The notes beneath the pieces were generated by a model, which saw only the letters and a list, made by a program, of their open reading frames with translations, did no database searches and was not told where the DNA came from. From an uncultured Acidobacteriota bacterium (lineage in GTDB: Bacteria; Acidobacteriota; Thermoanaerobaculia; Multivoradales; UBA5704), in NCBI GenBank assembly GCA_963770895.1, contig CAVYRF010000002.1:1088001-1152000 (forward strand): a stretch of DNA of 64,000 bases, in the 5' to 3' direction. The stretch's first letter is position 1; every line of letters starts with the position of its first letter. This document shows, in pieces, positions 57,930 through 64,000 of this stretch. Position numbers and translations under genes: made by a program.

Positions 57930-59518
57930 GCGGCCTGCGACAGGAAGAGGGCGGTCAGGGCGATGCCGACCAGAGCCCCCACCAGGGTGTTGAGAAAGTT
58001 GAGCGCTTCGTTGTCCAGCAGCCGGCGCTTTTCGAGCGCCGCGCCGACGACGCTTTCCAAGGTGGTGCCGACAAAGGCGGCGACCACGATCGGCACCACG
58101 GCGCCCCACGGATAGAGCCCCAGGGCCGCGCCCAGCACGCCGACCAACGCCGAAGCGGCGATGCCGGCCAGCGTCCCTTCGAGCGACACCGCGCCTTCGG
58201 TGCCGCGCGGCACCGGCCGCAGGGTGGTGATCAGGAAGGTGCGGCGCCCCAGGAGCTGTCCGATCTCACTCGACGAGGTGTCGGCGGCGGCGGTGGCGAA
58301 GGCGGCGGCGAACCCGACCGCGAACAGCACCGGGTGGACGGTCACCGCCGCGAACAGGGCGCAGGCGGCGGCCACTCCGGCGTTGGCCAGCGCATGCCGC
58401 GCGCCGCGCCGGCCGCCCTTTTCCTGCGCCAGGTTGGCGGCCGCCTTGCGCCGGTAGCCGATCTTGGTGCAGGCGCTGCCGATGACGAAGAACGCCACCA
58501 GCAGGAGGTACCCCCGCCAGTCCAGGAACAGGTAGATCGCCGTCCCCAGCAGGAACCCGCCGATCACCCCGGACAGGTCGACGGTGCGGGCCGCGAAGGC
58601 GGCCGCGGCCAGGGCGGCGTTGACCGCCACGCCCAGCGCCAGCCGCAGGAGCAGCAGCGACCGCGCCGCGGCCGCCGCCTGCACGGCAGCGGCGACGGCC
58701 GCGGCATCCAGGGGGGCGGGGGCGACCGCGCCGACCGCGGTCACCGCGGTCGCCGCGCCGGCAGGCGCCACCGGCGCCGCCGGCATCAGCCCCAGGAAGG
58801 CGTGCCAATGCCCATGGGTGAGCACGAAGCCGAGCAGAAAGAGACCGGCGATCAGCGGCACGCCCAGGTTGTCGTCGAGCCCCTGCGGCACCGATTCGAG
58901 CGCCGCGGCCAGCAGCGCCGCGCAGCCGCCCGCCACCAGCGCGAACGCCCAGCTGTAGTCGGCGGCCGGCGCCGTCCAGCGCAGCAGCGCGGCGGCGGCC
59001 AGGGTGCCGAAGAGCACGTAGGCGGCGCTGCCCGCCCAGCTCTTGGCGGGGTTCCAGGGGAGCTTCCGCCGGCCCAGGCTCATGCCGGCGACCGTTGCCA
59101 TGCCGTCGCCGAAGGCAAGGATGCCCCACGCCGCCGCCGCCACCTCCAGCCGCCGGTAGAACAGCAGGATGAGCAGCAGCACGGTGAGCGGATAGAGCAC
59201 GATGCCGGTCGCGCCGCCGGCCTGGTGCTCGGCGTCCCGCCACATGCGGCGGCCGCCGATGCGATGCAGCAGGAAGGCGTTGTTGAGCAGCGCCACCGCC
59301 GCCAGCGCCGCCGACCAGAACGGCCCCAGAAAGCGCAGGGCGAAGGCGATCAGCCCCATTCCCACGTGGGTCGCCTTGCGCAGGATCTCGGCGCCGGCCA
59401 GCCCAGGCGCCGCGCCGGCGACCGGGCTCGCGCCGCCGACACCGCCTGCTCCGCCACCATCCCCTGCGGCGCCACCGCTGTCACCACGAGCGGCGCCAGG
59501 CACCGTCATCGCCGCCAT
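57926..59518 (-). CDS. Fusion of CTP-dependent polyprenol (phytol/farnesol/dolichol) kinase and DUF92/TMEM19 (VTE6-like prenyl-phosphate kinase)
   Basis: N-half: EILRKATH, FGDGMATVAG..KSWAGS, LDDNLGVPL. C-half: QEKGGRRG, ADTSSSEIG, VPRGTEGAVSLEGT, NEALNFLNT. Alternative ATG at 59509. Confidence 0.88.
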   Translation of the reverse strand: MAAMTVPGAARGDSGGAAGDGGGAGGVGGASPVAGAAPGLAGAEILRKATHVGMGLIAFALRFLGPFWSAALAAVALLNNAFLLHRIGGRRMWRDAEHQAGGATGIVLYPLTVLLLILLFYRRLEVAAAAWGILAFGDGMATVAGMSLGRRKLPWNPAKSWAGSAAYVLFGTLAAAALLRWTAPAADYSWAFALVAGGCAALLAAALESVPQGLDDNLGVPLIAGLFLLGFVLTHGHWHAFLGLMPAAPVAPAGAATAVTAVGAVAPAPLDAAAVAAAVQAAAAARSLLLLRLALGVAVNAALAAAAFAARTVDLSGVIGGFLLGTAIYLFLDWRGYLLLVAFFVIGSACTKIGYRRKAAANLAQEKGGRRGARHALANAGVAAACALFAAVTVHPVLFAVGFAAAFATAAADTSSSEIGQLLGRRTFLITTLRPVPRGTEGAVSLEGTLAGIAASALVGVLGAALGLYPWGAVVPIVVAAFVGTTLESVVGAALEKRRLLDNEALNFLNTLVGALVGIALTALFLSQAA

Positions 59519-60588
59519 TGACCGGTCTCCTGGAGCCACTCCAAAGTGGTGGTGAGCCCTTCGCGCAGCGGCCGGAAGGTGTAGCCGATGTCTGCCGCCG
59601 CCCGCGCCGAGCTGTAGGCCCAGTCGTGCTGGTACACCGCAACCAGGTCGGGCGTCAGCGCCGGGGTGGTGCCGCGCAGCCGCGCCCAGCCCTTCTGCAC
59701 CGCGCCGGCCGCCTTGGCCACGCCGTCCGGCAGCCGGCGGCGCGGCACCGGCACGCCCGACAGCTCCTCGATCGCGCCGTAGAAGTCGCCCAGCCGCACG
59801 TTGTCGCCGCCCAGGACGTAGCGGGCGCCGGGCGGGGCGGCGTCCAGCACGCGGGCGATGCCGCGCGCCACGTCGTCCACGAACACGTAGCTCCAGCGCC
59901 GCTCGGGGCTGCCGAGCAGCGCCGGCAGGCGGCGGTGCAGCAGGTCCAGGATGTGGCGCACCACGATGTTGCCCTCGGTCATCTCCCCCGGACCGTAGAT
60001 CACCGCCGGATAGACGACGTTGAGCGGCGCCCCCGCGGCGATGGCGCGCCGCGCCGCCCGGTCGGCCAGCGCCTTGGTACGCTCGTACTGGTTGATCCAC
60101 GGCAGCGCTCCGGCGGCGTCGCCGTCGCGCGCGGCCGACTCGTCGCCGTCGCCGTCGGCGGGGGCGGGGGCGGGGGCGTTGGCGGGGGCGGGCGCGCCGC
60201 CGACACCGCGCCGCGCGCCGTCGGTGGGGCCGAGCGCCATGAAGCTGGACACATAGACGACCCGCTCCACCCCCTGGGCCGCCTGGGCGGCCGCCAGGAC
60301 GGTATCCAGACCGCCGACGTTGATGCGCTCGAATTCGGCGGCGGGCGCCAGGATCTTGACCAGCGCCGCCGCATGGATCACCGCGCCGCACCCGTCCATC
60401 GCCCGCCGCACCGCGCCGGCGTCGGTCACGTCGCCGTCCACCACCTGGACGCCGGCGGGAAAGGCGGCCGCCGCCGCCGGGCGCGCCGCGGCGCCGCGCA
60501 CCAGCACCCGCAGCTCGTGCCGCGACGCCAGCTCGGTCGCCAGCCGCCGGCCCAGAAAGCCGGTGGCGCCGGTCAGCAGCACCTTCAC
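59506..60588 (-). CDS. Extended SDR oxidoreductase, farnesol-dehydrogenase (FLDH)/HpnA-like
   Basis: TGATGFLG, HAAALV, NVGGL, SSFMALGPTDG, YERTK, YPAVIYGPG, VDDV, HDWAYS; GTGA overlap. Confidence 0.85.
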   Translation of the reverse strand: MKVLLTGATGFLGRRLATELASRHELRVLVRGAAARPAAAAAFPAGVQVVDGDVTDAGAVRRAMDGCGAVIHAAALVKILAPAAEFERINVGGLDTVLAAAQAAQGVERVVYVSSFMALGPTDGARRGVGGAPAPANAPAPAPADGDGDESAARDGDAAGALPWINQYERTKALADRAARRAIAAGAPLNVVYPAVIYGPGEMTEGNIVVRHILDLLHRRLPALLGSPERRWSYVFVDDVARGIARVLDAAPPGARYVLGGDNVRLGDFYGAIEELSGVPVPRRRLPDGVAKAAGAVQKGWARLRGTTPALTPDLVAVYQHDWAYSSARAAADIGYTFRPLREGLTTTLEWLQETGQWRR

Positions 60589-61487
60589 GCCGCCGCTCCG
60601 CGCGCTTCCGTCCACAGATCGGTCAAGGCGTCATCCAGGCCGCGCCGCGGCTCCCAGCCGAGCGCCCGCAGCCGCCGCGCATCGCCCTGCAGCAGCGGCA
60701 GGTCCACGGCGCGCATGCGCGCCGGGTCGACTTCGACGCGCGCCCGCACTCCCGAGATCGCCATCAGGCGGTCCAGCGCTTCGCTGATCGCATGCGCCTT
60801 GCCGCTGGCGACGTTGTAGATCTGGCCCGGCCGCCCGCTTTCGGCCAGCAGCCGGTACGCCCCGACGCCGTCGTCCACGTGCACGAAGTCCCGCCGCGCC
60901 GTCAGGTTGCCGACCCGTAGCACCGGCTCGATCTGGCCGCGCTCGATCGCCGCCAGCTGCACCGCGAACGCCGGCAGCGCAAAGCGCGCCGACTGCCCCG
61001 CCCCCACCAGGTTGAACGACCGGGCGACCACCGCTCCCTGGGCCAGCGCCAGCCGCTCCGCCGCCGCCTTGGTCAGCGCGTACGGCGAGGTGGGATCGAG
61101 CGGGCGATCCTCGTCGATCGGCTGCTCGGCTGCGGGCACCGCGCCGTAGACCTCGGCCGAGGACGCCACGACGACGCGGCGGCCGCCGGCGGCGCGCAAC
61201 AGGCTTTCGGTCCCCAGGACGTTGACGCGAAAGTAGTCCGCCATGCGCGTCCACGACTCGCCGACGTGAGACAGCCCGGCCAGGTGCACGATGGCCTGAG
61301 GCGCCGCGGCGCCGATCGCCCGCTCCATCGCCGGCGCGTCGAGCAGGTCCGCCTCGTAGAGGGTCACGCCCGCAAGGCGCGGCGCGGGGCCGATGTAGGT
61401 GCCGCTCACGCGATCGCCAAGCGCCAGCAGGCAGCGGGCAAGCCGCAGCCCGGTGAAGCCGCCGACGCCGGTGACGAAAACGTGCAT
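60585..61487 (-). CDS. GDP-sugar reductase/dehydratase (Rmd-like SDR)
   Basis: TGVGGFTG, HLAGLSHV..SW, SSAEVYG, YALTK, VGNLTARRDF. Confidence 0.85.
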   Translation of the reverse strand: MHVFVTGVGGFTGLRLARCLLALGDRVSGTYIGPAPRLAGVTLYEADLLDAPAMERAIGAAAPQAIVHLAGLSHVGESWTRMADYFRVNVLGTESLLRAAGGRRVVVASSAEVYGAVPAAEQPIDEDRPLDPTSPYALTKAAAERLALAQGAVVARSFNLVGAGQSARFALPAFAVQLAAIERGQIEPVLRVGNLTARRDFVHVDDGVGAYRLLAESGRPGQIYNVASGKAHAISEALDRLMAISGVRARVEVDPARMRAVDLPLLQGDARRLRALGWEPRRGLDDALTDLWTEARGAAA

Positions 61488-61529
61488 GGCCGGGAGCCGC
61501 CAGGAGTCAGACCCGACGGCCTGGCGATC

Positions 61530-62558
61530 CTACCCCGCCCCCTCGCGAGGCCGCCCCGCCGCCGTCGCGGCGACCGGCGAGGCCGCCGCGTCCTGGCGCG
61601 CCGCCAGCCTGGCGCGCCAGTAGGCCAGCAGGTCGCCCAGCGTCTGGGAGAAGGGGATGCGCGGCTCCCAGCCGGTATCGGCGCGGAACTTCGAGCTGTC
61701 GCCGATGAGAATCTCCACGTCCGAGGGCCGCAGCCGCTCCGGATCGACCTCGACCTTCACCTTGACGCGCGACAGCGCCAGCAGTTGGTCGAGCATTTCG
61801 CGGATGTGGATGCCGTGGCCGGTGGCGATGTTGTAGACCTCGCCCGGCCGCGCCCGCGTCACCGCCAGCCAGTAGGCGCGCACCATGTCGCGCACGTCGG
61901 TGAAGTCGCGGATCGCTTCGAGGTTGCCGACCCGGATCACCGGCTCCTGCAACCCCAGCTCGATCGCCGCCACCTGGCTGCAGAAGTTGGAGGTGACGAA
62001 CACCTGGCCGCGCCGCGGTCCGGTGTGATTGAAGCCGCGGGTGCGGATGGCCTTGAGGCCGTAGCTCTGGAAGTACTGGTAGCCGAGGAAGTCCTGCGCC
62101 ACCTTGGAGACCGCGTACGAGCTGAGCGGCCGCAGCGGGTTGGATTCCTTGATCGGCGTTTCGTCCGGCAGCACCAGGCCGTACTGCTCGCTGGAGCAGG
62201 CGATCTGCACCACCGGGTCCAGACGCAGGGCGCGGATCGCTTCGAAGATGTTGGTCTGGCTGCTGATGTTGGTGGTCAGCGTTTCATTGGGGGCCGTCCA
62301 GCTGGCCGGCACGAAGCTCTGCGCCGCCAGGTGAAACACGTAGTCGGGGCGCGCCCGCTCCAGGGTGTTGAGCACCGAGGTGAAGTCGCGCAGGTCGCAT
62401 TCGACCAGGCGGATCCTGGCGCCCAGGTGCTCGATGTTCTCCATGCGGCTGCGCCAGCGATAGGTGCCGTACACCTCGACGTCCGGGTGCTCGGCCAACA
62501 GATATTCCGCCAGATGCGAACCGGCAAAGCCGGTGATCCCGGTGATCAAAGCCCTCAT
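61530..62558 (-). CDS. GDP-mannose 4,6-dehydratase-like SDR (Gmd/Rmd family)
   Basis: ITGITGFAGSHL, HLAAQSFV, SSEQYG, YAVSK, FNHTGPRRG..FVT, LRPSDV. Confidence 0.88.
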   Translation of the reverse strand: MRALITGITGFAGSHLAEYLLAEHPDVEVYGTYRWRSRMENIEHLGARIRLVECDLRDFTSVLNTLERARPDYVFHLAAQSFVPASWTAPNETLTTNISSQTNIFEAIRALRLDPVVQIACSSEQYGLVLPDETPIKESNPLRPLSSYAVSKVAQDFLGYQYFQSYGLKAIRTRGFNHTGPRRGQVFVTSNFCSQVAAIELGLQEPVIRVGNLEAIRDFTDVRDMVRAYWLAVTRARPGEVYNIATGHGIHIREMLDQLLALSRVKVKVEVDPERLRPSDVEILIGDSSKFRADTGWEPRIPFSQTLGDLLAYWRARLAARQDAAASPVAATAAGRPREGAG

Positions 62559-63433
62559 CGAATCCTCCCTTCCATCGGCCGCCGCAGGGACGACAGATAC
62601 TCGGCCAGGCCCCACCGCCAGCTCTCCACCGGCCTGCCCAGCAACGCTTCGCAACGCACCACCGACAGCACCGAGTAGGCGGGCCGCGGCGCCGGCCGCG
62701 GGAACTCCGCGGTGGTCACCGGCACGACCTCCACCGGACCCTGCGGCGCCGGCCACCAGCGAGCGATCTCCGTGGCGAAAGAGTACCAGGAGACAGGCTC
62801 CTGGTTGCGATACTGCACAATTCCTACCTCCGGCAGCGGCGCCAGGTCGAGCAGCGCGCCGGCCAGAAACGGCGTATAGGTAGGCGCGCCCACCTGGTCG
62901 GCCACCACCTTGAGCGGCCGCGTGCCGCGGTCGATCTGGTTGGTGATGGCGGCGACGAAGTTGGGGCCGCCGGGCCCGAACAGCCAGCTGGTGCGCACCA
63001 CCAGGGTATTGCGCCAGGCCAGCGCCCGCTCCTCCCCCAGGCGCTTGCTTGCGCCGTAGGCCGTGCGCGGTCCGAGCGCGTCATCCTCGCGGTAGGGCTC
63101 CTGGCGCGCCTCGCCGGCGAACACGTAGTCGGTCGAAACCTGCAGCAGGCGCGCGCCGCCCAGCTCGGCCGCCCTGGCCACGTTGCCCACCGCTTCGCCG
63201 TTGATCGCCATGGCGCGCTGGCGTTGCGCCTCGCAGTCGTCGACCTTGGTGAAGGCGGCACAGTTTACAACCAGCTCGGGGCGGAACGAAGCCACCCAGT
63301 GGGCCAGCCTCGCCGCGTCCTCGATGTCGGCCTGCTGGCGCGGCAGCGCCAGGGCCGGCCAGCCGCGCCGCCGCGCCGCCGCCAGCACGGCGCGGCCCAA
63401 CATGCCGGTGCCGCCCAGGATCAGGGTGCGCAT
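62555..63433 (-). CDS. rfbD: dTDP-4-dehydrorhamnose reductase
   Basis: GGTGMLG, NCAAFTKVD, STDYVF, YGASK, RTSWLF, DQVGAPT, APRPAYS. Confidence 0.95.
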   Translation of the reverse strand: MRTLILGGTGMLGRAVLAAARRRGWPALALPRQQADIEDAARLAHWVASFRPELVVNCAAFTKVDDCEAQRQRAMAINGEAVGNVARAAELGGARLLQVSTDYVFAGEARQEPYREDDALGPRTAYGASKRLGEERALAWRNTLVVRTSWLFGPGGPNFVAAITNQIDRGTRPLKVVADQVGAPTYTPFLAGALLDLAPLPEVGIVQYRNQEPVSWYSFATEIARWWPAPQGPVEVVPVTTAEFPRPAPRPAYSVLSVVRCEALLGRPVESWRWGLAEYLSSLRRPMEGRIR

Positions 63434-63461
63434 GGGGTATCCCTCAGCCGGCGCCCCGCCA

Positions 63462-64000
63462 TCAGCTGATCCCGACCTCGGAGTTGTCGCCGAGCATGAA
63501 GCGATAGGCCTTGGGCTTCTGGTCGGTCTTGACGATGCGCACGTTGCGGCCGATGAGCGAGCCGTCGATGCGCAGCGGGATGTCGCGGATCGTGCTGTCG
63601 GCCAGCACGATGGAGTTTTCGATCTCGCAGCACGACAGCGTGCAGCGCTCGCCCAGCGAGGTGTAGGGGCCGACGAAGGCGCTGGTCAGCCGGCTGCCGT
63701 CGCCGATCACCACCGGGCCGCGCACCAGCGAATCGACGATCTCGACGTTGGCGCCCAGGACGACGCGCCCTTCGATGGTGCTGCCGGCGCCGATCGGCGA
63801 GCCGCTCTGCGCCTGCATGCCTTCGAGCACGATGCGGTTGGCTTCCAGCATGTCTTCGAGCTTGCCTGTGTCCTTCCACCAACCCTGCACCAGGTGCGGG
63901 TGGACTTCCAGGCCGCGGTCGATCAGGTCCTGAATGGCGTCGGTGATCTCCAGCTCGCCGCGCGCCGAGGGCTTGATGCGGCGCACCGACTCGAAGATCG
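63462..64000 (-). CDS. Glucose-1-phosphate thymidylyltransferase, long form (5' part outside window)
   Basis: PSARGELEITDA, WWKDTG, hexapeptide-repeat C-terminus. Confidence 0.92.
   Translation of the reverse strand, partial: IFESVRRIKPSARGELEITDAIQDLIDRGLEVHPHLVQGWWKDTGKLEDMLEANRIVLEGMQAQSGSPIGAGSTIEGRVVLGANVEIVDSLVRGPVVIGDGSRLTSAFVGPYTSLGERCTLSCCEIENSIVLADSTIRDIPLRIDGSLIGRNVRIVKTDQKPKAYRFMLGDNSEVGIS

Noticed and set aside
59506-60588. Hopanoid (hpnA) cluster
   Set aside because: No shc or other hpn genes nearby; motifs and neighbours fit an FLDH-like role better, though this is unproven

Overview
High-GC bacterial chromosomal segment. Gene content (Oar-type TonB receptor, sulfatase-TPR fusion, eukaryote-like Ser/Thr kinase, this dcw arrangement) suggests Acidobacteriota, possibly Thermoanaerobaculia; this is inference. 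It is mostly core genome: fused 2-oxoacid dehydrogenase E1, a kinase/SPFH operon, the dcw cluster (mraZ to ftsZ, with six MraZ boxes), two parvulin PPIases, mfd, lepA, hemW, proteobacterial-type parE/parC, a moaD-moaE fusion, an atu/liu-like acyl-CoA carboxylase cluster, a small degraded TA/defence islet, and a nucleotide-sugar operon. The best candidate for an undescribed system is 56168-60588. Three translationally coupled genes resemble plant farnesol dehydrogenase, a fused prenol kinase plus prenyl-phosphate kinase (VTE5/FOLK + VTE6/DUF92), and a homogentisate-prenyltransferase-like UbiA. Together they look like a prenal/prenol salvage-and-transfer pathway joined to deoxysugar genes, with no photosynthesis genes in the window. 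Also notable: two ~167-bp CTAG/stop-codon-targeting fold-back elements with a covarying core, an 83-bp inverted repeat pair bracketing parEC, strong C-ending codon bias at operon 3' ends, and several leaderless-type promoters. All family calls come from motifs recognised by eye; no searches were run.
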